The notes beneath the pieces are model-generated. The model was not told where the DNA came from. It did no database searches and worked only from the letters and a program-made list of their open reading frames with translations. Source: Actinomycetota bacterium (GTDB lineage: Bacteria > Actinomycetota > UBA4738 > CALAEC01). From it: a DNA stretch of 64,000 bases. The stretch spans positions 1,631 to 65,630 of the forward strand of contig JBOGVU010000002.1 of the NCBI GenBank assembly GCA_050692915.1, in the 5' to 3' direction. Both the position numbers and the translations under genes were made by a program. Numbering within the stretch: position 1 is the first letter of the stretch; the number at the start of each line of letters is the position of its first letter. Below are positions 9,146 to 19,473 of this stretch, piece by piece.

Positions 9146-9290
9146 TCGTGTCCAAAATGTGTCTGGCTCAGGTGATCGGACACGATCTCAGAGAACCTCA
9201 CGTCACCCGTGACCAGCAGATATGCCCGAGCTGACCCAGAACAGCCGCTCATAACCCAGAGGTCGCTGGTTCAAATCCAGCCCGCGCAAC
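9146..9290 (+). repeat. att junction 1: right-end module plus 43-bp tRNA 3' core (9248-9290)
   Basis: Core identical to tRNA 4068-4110; arm pair at 9146/9157; 10-bp repeats 9169-9208. Confidence 0.92.
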
Positions 9291-9292
9291 GA

Positions 9293-9330
9293 AGAAGCCC
9301 AGGCCAGAGTGCTGATCGGCCTGGGCTTCT
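9293..9330 (+). terminator. Hairpin between the core and the integrase 1 stop
   Basis: AGAAGCCCAGGCC...GGCCTGGGCTTCT perfect 13-bp stem. Confidence 0.7.
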
Positions 9331-9337
9331 ACCGTGC

Positions 9338-10543
9338 TCAGGTCGTCTTCTTCCGGCGCTTCTCTCGCGTCTTCTCCGACTTCTCCGAAGACTGGTCGGC
9401 TGCTAGCGCGCCGACCGCGACGAGCTGCTCGAACACTCGGGCGGCCTGGGCTTGCATGCCGGGCAGCAGGTGCTGGTAGGTCTCGATGGTGTAGCTCGGC
9501 GTGGCGTGGCCGAGCCGTTCGCTCACCACCTTGACCGGAACCCCGGCAGCGATGAGCAAGGTGGCGTGGGTGTGGCGCAAGTCGTGCAGCCGTATGACCG
9601 GCACCCTCGCCCGTCGGGCGATACGCTCGAAGGTCTGCGAGATGGCGTGGGGATGGATGGGCTCGCCTCGGCCGTCGGTGAACACCCACCCCGCCGTCTC
9701 GATGCCGGCGGCCCGCTGCTCGGCAGCCTGCCAGCCGCGCCAAGCAGTGAGGACGCTCACTGTGGTGGGGTCGAGGTCGATGCGCCTGCGGGCGTTAGGT
9801 GTCTTGCCACGGGTCTCATGCACCTCGTAGTCGATGGCCACCAGCCCGCGGTTGACCGAGACGGTGGCCGCCCCCTCGTCGAAGTCCTCCCATCGCAGCC
9901 CGAGGAGTTCGCCTCGGCGCATGCCGGTGAACGCCGCGACCCACAGCGCCGAGAAGAACCGGTGACCAGCGGCAGCTCGCAGGAAGGCGCGGAGCTCTTC
10001 GGCGGTCCAGGAAGATGGTTCGATCCTGGGGATGGGCCTCAGCCGGGGGGCGTGGGCCACGAGGGCGACGTTGCGGGAGATGAGCCCGCGGCGGACGGCG
10101 TCGCCGAGGGCGCCGCGGATGATCAGGTGGATCTCGTACACGGTCTTGGGCGCGAGTGCGGCGCGCCCGTCGCGCGGGTGGAGTAGCCCGTCGTAGAGCG
10201 ACTCGAGGTGGTGTGGGCGCACGCGCCGCAGACCGATGCGGCCGAGGGCAGGAACGATGTGCTTGTCGACATAGCGGCGGTAGCCGCTGTACGTGCTGGC
10301 GGCGAGCACGAGCCGCTTGCCCGGCAGCCACCTGCTGGTCAGGAAGACCCCGAAGCTCAAGGAGCGAGCTTGATCATTGGTGCCGTCGCGTTCGCTGACG
10401 AGTCGAGCGGCGAGCCGCTCGGCGTCGCCCCGCTCGTAACCGGCGGGATGCCAGCTGCGTCGCTCTCTCCCGGTGATCGGGTCCGTGCCTTCGTAGATGA
10501 CCGCGTACCAGCGGTTCCCCTTTCTCGCGACGTAGCCCTTCAT
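9338..10543 (-). CDS. Tyrosine recombinase/integrase 1
   Basis: TGMRRGELLGL, KTPNARR, HDLRHTHAT, RLGH, TYQH: R-K-H-R-H-Y intact; N-terminal arm-binding-type domain. Confidence 0.95.
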   Translation of the reverse strand: MKGYVARKGNRWYAVIYEGTDPITGRERRSWHPAGYERGDAERLAARLVSERDGTNDQARSLSFGVFLTSRWLPGKRLVLAASTYSGYRRYVDKHIVPALGRIGLRRVRPHHLESLYDGLLHPRDGRAALAPKTVYEIHLIIRGALGDAVRRGLISRNVALVAHAPRLRPIPRIEPSSWTAEELRAFLRAAAGHRFFSALWVAAFTGMRRGELLGLRWEDFDEGAATVSVNRGLVAIDYEVHETRGKTPNARRRIDLDPTTVSVLTAWRGWQAAEQRAAGIETAGWVFTDGRGEPIHPHAISQTFERIARRARVPVIRLHDLRHTHATLLIAAGVPVKVVSERLGHATPSYTIETYQHLLPGMQAQAARVFEQLVAVGALAADQSSEKSEKTREKRRKKTT

Positions 10544-10849
10544 TGCAGTCCTCCTTCCCGGGCGGCGATGGTTGTCGCCCGGTAGAAGGATCGGTAGAAG
10601 TGCGGCCCTTCGTGGCCGGAGGAGTGGGGACCAACCGGTCGGTCCGAACCAAGAAGCCGGTAGAAGCCGTCGCCGACGGATAGACAGGGGATTGGTCGAA
10701 GTACGACGCGGATGAGATCTGTTGGCTCAGAAGGGATTGCGGGTGTCGGGCCAACCCCCACTACCGGCGGAGATGCGTTCGTGACAGCCGAGGATCGTCG
10801 GGGCCGAGAGTCTTGGCTAGGAACTTATGAGAAATCGCAACGACCGGTG

Positions 10850-12109
10850 TCAGCTGTCCGCTGTCCGGGTGTCGTGGCGGGCGGTGTAAAGACGAAGCGC
10901 CTCTGAGAGGCCCTTCAACTCGACCGGGCCGATCTCGACGAAGGATGCGGATGTCGCGTCTGCCCCGTCCACGACCTCCTGGCTCACCACGACCTCACCG
11001 GGTCTGGCGTAATCGGCGATCCGCGACGCGATGTTCACTGTGCGCCCGAAGTAGTCGCCCTCCTGGAACAGGACGGGTCCTGCGTGCAATCCGACGTGGG
11101 CGGGCGGAAGACCGGCATTCGCGATGCCCTCGACCATGTCGAGCGCCGCGATCACGCCCGCCCCCGGCTCAGGGAAGTAGAACTCACCCCCGTCCCCCAA
11201 CCACTTGATGGGCCTTCCCCCGCGAGACGTTGAAGTGCGTTGCAAAATCCGGGACATCGTTTCTGCGAGCTCGGCCGCGGCTTCGTCGCCGCGCTCCTCG
11301 GTCAGCCTTGTGTAGCCGGTGAGATCGAGAAAACAGATGGCCGGGGGGCGCTCCAGCCGACTATAGACGCCAGCCTCTGAGAGCGCCGCCTCGATCCCGT
11401 CGAGGATGTTCTTCGTCCACGTGTGTTCCTGGTGACCGTGGTACAAGCCGATGATCGCCTGGTCGAGGAAGGGCGCGATCCGCTGAACGACCCGGCTGTC
11501 CGCAGCCTGCATCATCTCCGCCAGCGTCATCCCGGATTCGAGGAGAGGAACCTCCACCTCGGTGTGCCACCAGTCTCCCTCGGTCTCCGCGATGCGCCGC
11601 AGGCTGTCGCCGTACACTCTCAACCAGCGCTCGATCACGCGGGGACGGAAACCCTCCGCGACCTGCGCCTCAATCAACGGGGCGATCAGGAGTTCGTTCT
11701 CGCGGACGCGATCCGTTGGCTGAGGCTCAGCGAACCCTGCTGCCTCGCGGATGACCAGCAACAGCTCGATGGGAGTCTTCGTCTTCTCCGAGAGCTCTTG
11801 GAACGTGACGTCGGTGTGCGATGACAGCCGCCTGAAGTGCGACATGTTCATGAAGTCCAGAGAGAAGTCGCCTCGCTGGATGGCGGCGGCTACGCCGTCG
11901 AGCGGCACGCCCGCGCGCTCGAGGGTCTGCATCAGGCGCACCCGCCTCACGTCGCCCTCAGAGAAGTCGCCGCCGTGACCACGAGAGATGACCCCAAGCT
12001 CAACCAGCCTGCTGACGTAGTCGTGAGCGACGCCCGCACGTCTCGCAACGTCGCCGATCGAGTATTCGGCTTCTGAACGGGAGCCCGGGGCGATGCGTCC
12101 GCTGGCCAC
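10850..12109 (-). CDS. Class III adenylate/guanylate cyclase with N-terminal MerR-like HTH
   Basis: YSIGDVARRAGV HTH; CFLDLTGYT, KWLGDG, DYFGRTVNIASR. Confidence 0.9.
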   Translation of the reverse strand: MASGRIAPGSRSEAEYSIGDVARRAGVAHDYVSRLVELGVISRGHGGDFSEGDVRRVRLMQTLERAGVPLDGVAAAIQRGDFSLDFMNMSHFRRLSSHTDVTFQELSEKTKTPIELLLVIREAAGFAEPQPTDRVRENELLIAPLIEAQVAEGFRPRVIERWLRVYGDSLRRIAETEGDWWHTEVEVPLLESGMTLAEMMQAADSRVVQRIAPFLDQAIIGLYHGHQEHTWTKNILDGIEAALSEAGVYSRLERPPAICFLDLTGYTRLTEERGDEAAAELAETMSRILQRTSTSRGGRPIKWLGDGGEFYFPEPGAGVIAALDMVEGIANAGLPPAHVGLHAGPVLFQEGDYFGRTVNIASRIADYARPGEVVVSQEVVDGADATSASFVEIGPVELKGLSEALRLYTARHDTRTADS

Positions 12110-12845
12110 GCTACCTCACCGACCCAAAACGCCAAACGGTGGGTGCTCGTGTGGCGCATCGTCGGACGCACTTCAGGTGCTTCGCTCGCAGGATGTCGGG
12201 GTCAAGTGGATCGAGCGAAAGCAACTCGCACCGGCGCCCGCTCCGCACCTTCGGCCGCTCTATCCGGGTGCGTTGCATGCGCGTCACTCCTTCCGGTCGG
12301 GTGCCAGCGCTTCGAGTGGTACCACTGCCCGGCGGCGCACCGCCACCGCCGCATCCACACCTCGCTGCCTCGATCATCCCGATCGATGAAGCGCGCGGGC
12401 CCATCCGGTGTAGCGGGTTGAGTGCATGACCAGACGCCCCCGAACTCGACGCGCCGTCAGTTCCCCGAGGCGGTCCAACGCGCCCTGCGCTGCCTCGGCC
12501 AACACGACCGGGTCGATTATTCTCATCACCCCTCCGCGAGTCACGGCGGGTCGAGATCGCTGGCTCGAGCGCCTCATGGTGCCCGTTCGGAACACGGGCG
12601 GTCCGAAAGCCACGGAGCGAGTGTCTCGCGACCGTAGGTGCACTCGAATCAGCCAATGCGCCAGCGGTGGTCGCTAGTCGCGGCTCGACAGCATTCCGGT
12701 CTGCGCTCGTCATCGAGGTCGCCGCTCTCGGTTCGGCTAGCTCGTGAGCCGAGGATGCCGAGGCTGAACGAAGCGACTCAAGTTGAGTCCGGCGTTAGGC
12801 GGATCGAGACCGCCGCGTCGCGTCGGCTCGCTCAGCCAGGACCGG

Positions 12846-15608
12846 CTATGCCAAGCTGAGGCGGCTGGGGGGAACGCGGGCGAGCTGGTTGCGGGAGCTA
12901 ATGCCCAGCTTCAGGAAGACTTTGCGAAGGTGGTACTGGACGGTTCGGGGACTGATGAACAGCTGCCCGCCGATGTCGGGGTTGGAGAGGCCGTCCCTGG
13001 CCAGCCGGGCGATCTGTGCCTCCTGGGGAGTGAGGACGTCGCGGGTCTCGTCGATGCGCCTGCGGGCGGTTCCCCCGGTGGCCTGCAGCTCGCGACGCGC
13101 GCGATCGGCGAACGCCTCGGCCCCGATACGGCTGAATGTGTCGTGGGCCGCGCGCAATTGCTCGCGCGCATCCACGCGCCGGCTCTCGCGACGCAGCCAC
13201 TCGCCGTAGACGAGGTGGGCCCGGGGCAGATGAACCGCAATCCGGCTGCGGCCGAGTCGCTCGATCGCCTCGCGGAAGAGGGCCTCGGCCGAGGTGCCGT
13301 CGGCCAGGAGCGCGGCTGACCGGGCCCGGACGCCGAGCGCCCAGTCGGTGCCGCAAGCGCGCGTTCGTTCGTCGAGCTGGCTCAGGGCGTCAGATGCGAC
13401 GTCGTGGGCATCGCTTCGGGCACCCGCCTCGACCAGCTCGACAAGCGCCCAGCCGAAGAAACCGAGATCCTCGTGCGCACATGCGCGTTGCGAGGCGGCG
13501 AGGGCATCCTGGTAGCGGCCGAGGCCGTTGTACAGGACGGCTGTCGCGTAGTGGGCCAAACCGATCGCTCGTCCCTCCCCCCTGACCTTCGCGTCCTGGA
13601 GGCTCGATTCGATAGCACGCAGCGCTGTGACCTCCTGGCCGCGCCACGCGTGGAGCATCAGCGAGGTGTACCGGAGCGGCGCGTTCCCCGTTGCCTCGCT
13701 GATCGCGTCGGCCTCCTCGACCAGCGCCGACGCTTCGGCGAACTCTCCGGCATGCAGATGAACGCAGGCGCGGTAGGACAGCGCGATTGGAAGGACGGCA
13801 AGCGCGCCGGCATTGCGGGCGAGGCTCACCGCGCGATTGGCCAGCTCATGCCACGTCTCGTCATCCCACAACTCAGGTGCGAGGGGCTCCGGCGTAACGG
13901 GGCACGAGGTCCATAGCCACCGAACCTCGTCGCCGCCACGGCCATCTGTTCCGGCGTATGCGTGCAGCGCTCGCGTGAGCGCCGGCAAGGCCTCCCCGAA
14001 CGGCTCGGTGAAGCGTTTGGCGAGACCGTCCAAGAGGAGGTCGACCGGTCGCGGCGGCCGCGGCCCGGGGGGCGCGGCGCGAGCGGCCTCGGCCGCTTCG
14101 AGAACTCCTCCGCCGCGGCTCTCTCGGCCGGCGAAGATCGCTGCTCCGAACGCCTCCACGTACGTCTCGCGGGCTGACGCGGCGTCGAGCGGTTCGACCC
14201 GCTTCGCGGCGTCCAACAGCAGGGGCGGTGCGTCGCTGCCGCGGCTTCGGGCGAACAGGATCTGGCCCCGAAGCCTCTCCAGCCCCGCGCGCCCGAGCTC
14301 GTCGAGGGGGGTGAGTTCGGCGGTCGCGAGCAACTCCTGCGCCGCTTCCGGCGCGCCCGCGTCCAGCTTCGCCTGGGCCGCGGCGAGCGCTCGCGCTCCC
14401 CGGTGTGCCGGATCTGGAGTCAGCTCGGCCGCCCGCTCGAGGAACGCGGCCATGGCCGGGACGCCGCCGCGACGCTGCGCCCGGTCTGCCGAGCGCTCCA
14501 ACTCGTTTGCGACCGCCTCGTCGAGGCCTGCCGCCGAGTGGGCACGATGCCATGCTCGCCGATCGGGATCCGTCTCCGGATCGGTTGCGTCAGCCAGCGC
14601 GCCATGGACCTCGCGCCGGTCGTCTGGCGTCGCCGCCCGGTAGATCGCGGATCGCACGAGCGGATGCCGGAATCGTAAGCGCGCGCCGAGCTCGAGCAGC
14701 TCGGCGGCCTCCGCCGGGGCGACCGCATCGGGTCCCACCCCGAGCCGCTCGGCCGCGCGCCAGAGAAGGGTGACGTCGCCGACCGGCTCCGCCGCCGCAG
14801 TGAGCAGCAGCTGCTGTGAATCGGAGGGGAGCGAGCGAACGCGCCGGAGGAAGCTCCGCTCGATGCGGTCCGCCAGTGGCCGTGCGTCGGGAAGTGCGAA
14901 TCCCCCCGCAAGCTCCGCCGGCGTTAGACCACGAGGGAGTTCCAGCAGCGCGAGGGGATTCCCGCGCGTCTCGGCGATGATCCTCTCGCGAACGCGCTCG
15001 TCCAGGGGTCCCTGGATTCCGGAGGCGAGCAAGGCGCGTGCATCATCGTCTCCGATCCCGTCGACGATCAGCTCGGGCAGCCCGCTGAGCGCCGCGATGG
15101 GCTCGCGAGTCACGAAGAGCATCGCCAGTGGCTCCGCCAACAGCCGATGCCCAGCGAACGCCAGTGCCTGGGCCGACGCGTCATCCAACCACTGCGCATC
15201 GTCGACCACACAGAGCAATGGCTGCTCCTCGGCAACCTCCGACAGCAGACCGAGGGCCGCAACCCCGACCAGGAAGCGATCGGGAGCCGCCCCCGCACTC
15301 AGCCCCAACGCGACGCGCAGCGCGTCCCGCCGTGGACCCGGAATGCGTTCGAGTCGATCGAGCATCGGCGCGCACACCTGCTGGAGGGAGGCGAATGTGA
15401 GCTCCATCTCTGACTCGACGCCGACGGCCCGCAGAACGCGAAAGTCCGGAGCCGAGCCGATCGCGTAGTCCAGCAGGGCCGTCTTGCCCACACCCGGCTC
15501 GCCGCGGAGCACGAGGGAGCGGCTCTCGCCCCTGCGCGCTGCTTCGAGGAGGACGTCGAGCGCCGCGCACTCTGCGTCGCGCCCTCGGAGGGTGTTCTGC
15601 GTGGACAT
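12846..15608 (-). CDS. LuxR-family large ATP-binding regulator (AAA ATPase + C-terminal LuxR HTH)
   Basis: Start MSTQNTLRGRDAE; Walker A GEPGVGKT; LLCVVDDAQWLD; LTPQEAQIARLARDGLSNPDIG..TVQYHLRKVF. Confidence 0.92.
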   Translation of the reverse strand: MSTQNTLRGRDAECAALDVLLEAARRGESRSLVLRGEPGVGKTALLDYAIGSAPDFRVLRAVGVESEMELTFASLQQVCAPMLDRLERIPGPRRDALRVALGLSAGAAPDRFLVGVAALGLLSEVAEEQPLLCVVDDAQWLDDASAQALAFAGHRLLAEPLAMLFVTREPIAALSGLPELIVDGIGDDDARALLASGIQGPLDERVRERIIAETRGNPLALLELPRGLTPAELAGGFALPDARPLADRIERSFLRRVRSLPSDSQQLLLTAAAEPVGDVTLLWRAAERLGVGPDAVAPAEAAELLELGARLRFRHPLVRSAIYRAATPDDRREVHGALADATDPETDPDRRAWHRAHSAAGLDEAVANELERSADRAQRRGGVPAMAAFLERAAELTPDPAHRGARALAAAQAKLDAGAPEAAQELLATAELTPLDELGRAGLERLRGQILFARSRGSDAPPLLLDAAKRVEPLDAASARETYVEAFGAAIFAGRESRGGGVLEAAEAARAAPPGPRPPRPVDLLLDGLAKRFTEPFGEALPALTRALHAYAGTDGRGGDEVRWLWTSCPVTPEPLAPELWDDETWHELANRAVSLARNAGALAVLPIALSYRACVHLHAGEFAEASALVEEADAISEATGNAPLRYTSLMLHAWRGQEVTALRAIESSLQDAKVRGEGRAIGLAHYATAVLYNGLGRYQDALAASQRACAHEDLGFFGWALVELVEAGARSDAHDVASDALSQLDERTRACGTDWALGVRARSAALLADGTSAEALFREAIERLGRSRIAVHLPRAHLVYGEWLRRESRRVDAREQLRAAHDTFSRIGAEAFADRARRELQATGGTARRRIDETRDVLTPQEAQIARLARDGLSNPDIGGQLFISPRTVQYHLRKVFLKLGISSRNQLARVPPSRLSLA

Positions 15609-15893
15609 GAGCCCCGCCGTCCTCCGCTTCCGCGAGCATCCGTGCGCACCATCGCGGGAACTGTAGGCCGCGCGGGCGTCCCGCCCCTGGCTGACAGATG
15701 AACGAGCGCCCCCATCGCCCGCCGCCCATCTCGCGACCGGCAAAGGATACACCTTCGGCCCCAGCCGTGCGGAACCGCCCCAGGCCGGCTGGCTGTCTTG
15801 GGGCTGGCGACCAGGCTGGCGTGTCGGCGGATTCGACCGCGCCTCGGCCCGGGCATCCTCGCGGTGACCGACATCCGTCGGAGAGGAGGTCTC

Positions 15894-16736
15894 ATGATCA
15901 GCGAGAAGAAGTCGACGCGCCTCCCTCGGCGCGTTTTCGCGATGAGCTCCGCCCTCGCCCTCACCGCGGTCGTCTTGCTCGGCGGCGGTGGGCATGCTGC
16001 GGCCACGCGGCAGGCGAGCTCGGATCCGCGGCCGACCATCGTGCTCGTGCACGGCGACTGGGCGGACGCATCGTCGTGGAACGGCGTGATCCAGCGCCTG
16101 CAGGATCGCGGATTCACTGTGGTGGCTCCGCCCAACACGCTGCGCGGGGCGAGCCAGGACGCGCCGTACCTCGGCAGCTACCTCCAGACGATCCCTGGAC
16201 CGATCGTGCTCGTGGGGCACTCCTACGGCGGCTTCGTGGTCACCAATGCGGCCACGGGCAACGCCAACGTGGACGCGCTCGTGTACATCGACGCGTTCGC
16301 CCCCGACGAGGGCGAGACGCTTGTCGACCTCACGGCAGGTACCACCTCCTGCATCACCGAAAGCGCGTTCAACGCCGTGCCATTCAACGGCAGAGTGGAT
16401 CTGTACCTGCGTTGGGAGCCGAATCCACCGTACGCCGGGTTCACGGAGTGCTTCGCCAACGGCGTCAACCAGAAGACCGCCGCGGTCCTCGCCGCCGGGC
16501 AACGACCCGCGGCCGCCGAGCAGTTCTTCGATCCTTCCGGCCCGCCGGCGTGGAAGACGATCCCGTCGTGGTCGCTCATCGGGACGCTCGACAACGTGAT
16601 CCCGGCGGACCTCCAGGAAGAGATGTCCGAGCGCGCCGGCGCTCACATCTCCAGGGTCAAGGCCGGGCACCTCAGCCTGATCACACGTCCAAATGCGGTC
16701 GTCCGGGTCATCCTGTCGGCGGTCGAGGCGACGTGA
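15894..16736 (+). CDS. Secreted alpha/beta hydrolase (possible Tat signal)
   Basis: GGAGG RBS; PRRVFA signal; VLVHGDWAD, GHSYGG, GH near C-terminus. Confidence 0.85.
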   Translation: MISEKKSTRLPRRVFAMSSALALTAVVLLGGGGHAAATRQASSDPRPTIVLVHGDWADASSWNGVIQRLQDRGFTVVAPPNTLRGASQDAPYLGSYLQTIPGPIVLVGHSYGGFVVTNAATGNANVDALVYIDAFAPDEGETLVDLTAGTTSCITESAFNAVPFNGRVDLYLRWEPNPPYAGFTECFANGVNQKTAAVLAAGQRPAAAEQFFDPSGPPAWKTIPSWSLIGTLDNVIPADLQEEMSERAGAHISRVKAGHLSLITRPNAVVRVILSAVEAT

Positions 16737-16755
16737 TCGCGAGGGAGGCAACGCG

Positions 16756-17550
16756 ATGAAGATCGTCGTGATCGGCGGAAGCGGCCTCATCGGCTCAAAG
16801 CTCGTCGCGAAGCTGCGCCAGGCCGGCCACGACCCGCTGGCGGCGTCGCCGGACTCGGGCGTCGACACGCTGACCGGCCAGGGACTGGCCGACGCGCTGG
16901 ACAAGGCCGAGGTCGTGGTCGACGTGTCGAACGCACCGGATTGGGACGAGGCAGCGGTGCTGGATTTCTTCCTGACCTCGTCTCGCAACATCCTCGCCGC
17001 CGAGACCGCCGCCGGGGTAGGTCACCACGTCGCACTATCCGTCGTGGGAGCCGACCGGCTCGCGGACAGCGGGTACTTCCGGGCGAAGGTCGTCCAGGAG
17101 GAAGCGATCAAGGCGGCGACCGTGCCCTACACGATCGTCCGCGCGACGCAGTTCTTCGAGTTCCTCGGCCGCATCGCCGATTCGAACACCGACGGCGAGA
17201 CGGTTCGTGTACCGCCGGTGCTGGTTCAGCCCGAGGCAGCCGACGACGTCGCCGCCGCGTTGGCGGTCGCGGCGGTGGGCGCGCCGGTGAACGGCACCGT
17301 CGAGCTGGCCGGCCCCGAACGGTTCCGTCTCGACGAGCTCACCCGCCGCGTGCTGGGCGCGAATAGCGACGCACGCCGGGTGACGGCCGACCGCCGCGCG
17401 CGCTACTTCGGCGTAGAGCTCGACGACGGCTCCCTCATCCCAGATGACGACGCACGGATCGCTCCGACCCGGTTCGAGGACTGGCTTGACCGGACCACGC
17501 TCAAGCAAACGAGGCCCGAGGAGGCCCAGCTGGAAGGAGGCTCTGCATGA
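16756..17550 (+). CDS. NmrA-like / atypical SDR NAD(P)-binding oxidoreductase
   Basis: MKIVVIGGSGLIG Rossmann motif; YFRAK; RATQFFEF. Confidence 0.88.
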   Translation: MKIVVIGGSGLIGSKLVAKLRQAGHDPLAASPDSGVDTLTGQGLADALDKAEVVVDVSNAPDWDEAAVLDFFLTSSRNILAAETAAGVGHHVALSVVGADRLADSGYFRAKVVQEEAIKAATVPYTIVRATQFFEFLGRIADSNTDGETVRVPPVLVQPEAADDVAAALAVAAVGAPVNGTVELAGPERFRLDELTRRVLGANSDARRVTADRRARYFGVELDDGSLIPDDDARIAPTRFEDWLDRTTLKQTRPEEAQLEGGSA

Positions 17551-17923
17551 AGCCGACGATCGTCGAGTCGGCCGCCAAGCGGACAGAGGAGGGCGAGATG
17601 AGCACGACCGTTTCCCCGACGCCGATCACCGAGCACGAGCTCGAGCAGGTCTCGCGCAGATGGGCAACGCGAACCTCAACCCATGGACGGAGGCGAAGGT
17701 GAACACGAAGAACCCCGACCGTGGTCCCCTGCTGATCATCGAGGGAGAGAAGGACCACACGGTGCCGTGGGCGATCGCTCGCGCCGCCTACACGCGGCAG
17801 AGGCGCAATCCCGGCGTGACGGAGATCGTGAAGATCCCGAACCGAGGCCACTCCCTCACGATCGACCACGGCCGGCGCGAGGTCGCCGAGATCGCGCTCA
17901 CCTTCGTCAAGAGGTTCACCTAG
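17547..17923 (+). pseudogene. Two alpha/beta hydrolase remnants with large internal deletions
   Basis: MKPTIV followed within a few codons by the next start; MSTTVSPTPITEHELEQV joined directly to the C-terminal ANLNPWTE..GEKDHTVP..RGHSLTID. Confidence 0.65.
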
Positions 17924-17948
17924 CACCACCACGAAGGAGGGGATCCAA

Positions 17949-18917
17949 ATGTCCGAGACCATCACACCCTCACGGATCGTCCTCGAGCCGGCGTCCCAGG
18001 AGTTCGTCGAGGCGACCTCGAAACCGCCGTTCTTGTACGAGCTCACGCCGGCTGAAGCCCGCAAGGTGCTGGACGACGTCCAGGCCGCGCCGATCGACAA
18101 GCTGGCCGTCGAGGAGCGCTGGATCAACCTCCCGGCCGAGGTCGGCGACGTGCGGGTGCGGATCGTGCGGCCGCCGGACGCCGCCGGGACGCTGCCGGTG
18201 ATCCTCTACATGCACGGCGGCGGCTGGGTGCTGGGCAACGCCGATACGCACGACCGGCTCGTCCGAGAGCTGGCCGTCGGGACCGGCGCGGCGGTCGTGT
18301 TCGTAGAGTACGACCGCTCGCCGGAGGCGCACTATCCCGTCGCGATCGAGCAGGGATACGCCACGGCCCGGTGGATCGTGCGCGAGGGCGCCGCCAATCA
18401 GCTCGATCCGGACCGCATGGCCGTCGCCGGCGACTCGGTCGGCGGCGGCATGACGGCAGCGCTGGCGCTGATGGCGAGTGAACGCGGCGACGTGCCCTTC
18501 GTGCAGCACTCGATGTACTACCCGGTCACCGACGCCCGAATGGACACGGCGTCCTACGAGCAGTTCGCGGAGGGCTACTTCCTCACCGCGAAAGCGATGG
18601 CGTGGTTCTGGGACGCGTACCTGCCGGAGGTAGACCGGCGCTCGGAGCCGTTCGCCTCGCCGCTGCGCGCGAGTGATGAGCAGCTCGCCGGCCTTCCGCC
18701 GGCGTTCGTGATCGTCGACGAGGCCGACGTGCTGCGTGACGAGGGCGAGGCCTACGCGGCGCGCCTGCGGGCAGCAGGGGTTGCGGTTACGACCGTTCGC
18801 TACGACGGCATCACGCACGATTTCATGATGCTCAACCCGCTCAGCGGCACGCATGCCACGCGCGCGGCGGTCGCCCAGGCCATCTCGGTCCTGCGGGGTG
18901 CGCTGCATGGCGCCTGA
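17949..18917 (+). CDS. HSL-family esterase/lipase (alpha/beta hydrolase_3)
   Basis: HGGGW, GDSVGG, DVLRDEG, HDF. Confidence 0.92.
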   Translation: MSETITPSRIVLEPASQEFVEATSKPPFLYELTPAEARKVLDDVQAAPIDKLAVEERWINLPAEVGDVRVRIVRPPDAAGTLPVILYMHGGGWVLGNADTHDRLVRELAVGTGAAVVFVEYDRSPEAHYPVAIEQGYATARWIVREGAANQLDPDRMAVAGDSVGGGMTAALALMASERGDVPFVQHSMYYPVTDARMDTASYEQFAEGYFLTAKAMAWFWDAYLPEVDRRSEPFASPLRASDEQLAGLPPAFVIVDEADVLRDEGEAYAARLRAAGVAVTTVRYDGITHDFMMLNPLSGTHATRAAVAQAISVLRGALHGA

Positions 18918-19001
18918 CATGGGGCTGCAAGCCGGCGCCGCACCCCGGCTGGAGCGCGGCGCCGGCCCGTCCACAGCGGGCTCGTCGGCAATGGGCAAGG
19001 G

Positions 19002-19430
19002 GTGAACAAGATGGAAAGCGGGAGCGCCGGCGTGATCCACTTGCTCGACGGGGTAGATCGCGACGATATCGACGCACTGCTCGGGATGGGCCACAAGGTC
19101 TTCTTCGCGCCTGGCGAGTCGATCTTCGACACCGGCGACAAGGCCGACGCGATGTACGTGGTCCTCGACGGTGAGGCGCAAGTTGACGTCGGAGGCCGAT
19201 TCCATCGCCTCACTCGAGGGAACGTCTTCGGCGAGATGGCGCTCGTCGCCCCCGGCCAGCGGATGGCCACGGTTCGGGCCGTCGAACCGCTGCACGTCTT
19301 GAAGGTCCACGCCGACGACTTCCGGTCCCTCTTGCTGGACCGTCCGCAGATCGCGCTGTCGATGCTACGTACGCTCGCTCTTCGCCTTCGGGAGGTCGAG
19401 CAGCGCATCGATGCCTGGATGGCCTCGTGA
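19002..19430 (+). CDS. Cyclic-nucleotide-binding domain protein
   Basis: IF..GD.ADAMYVVLDGEA, FGEMAL..RMATVRA. Confidence 0.88.
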   Translation: MNKMESGSAGVIHLLDGVDRDDIDALLGMGHKVFFAPGESIFDTGDKADAMYVVLDGEAQVDVGGRFHRLTRGNVFGEMALVAPGQRMATVRAVEPLHVLKVHADDFRSLLLDRPQIALSMLRTLALRLREVEQRIDAWMAS

Positions 19431-19473
19431 GAGCCGGCAACGTGGACGAACGAGCGATGAGGAGGAGTGAGCG

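Larger units (their letters stand above)
4111..9247. mobile_element. Segment 1: integrase-less cassette (relaxase remnant plus metal/redox cargo)
   Basis: Bounded by the intact tRNA and the core at 9248; arm pairs at both ends (4171, 9146). Confidence 0.75.

Noticed and set aside
10850-12109. Pycsar/CBASS-like defence cyclase
   Set aside because: HTH-fused class III cyclase with no adjacent TIR or transmembrane effector gene.
12110-12845. 735-bp intergenic region checked for ncRNA, riboswitch or small genes
   Set aside because: No recognisable conserved structure; the short ORFs there lack support.
15609-16991. 1381-aa ORF extending the LuxR regulator
   Set aside because: The extension is the antisense shadow of two real + strand genes; LuxR homology starts at 15608.
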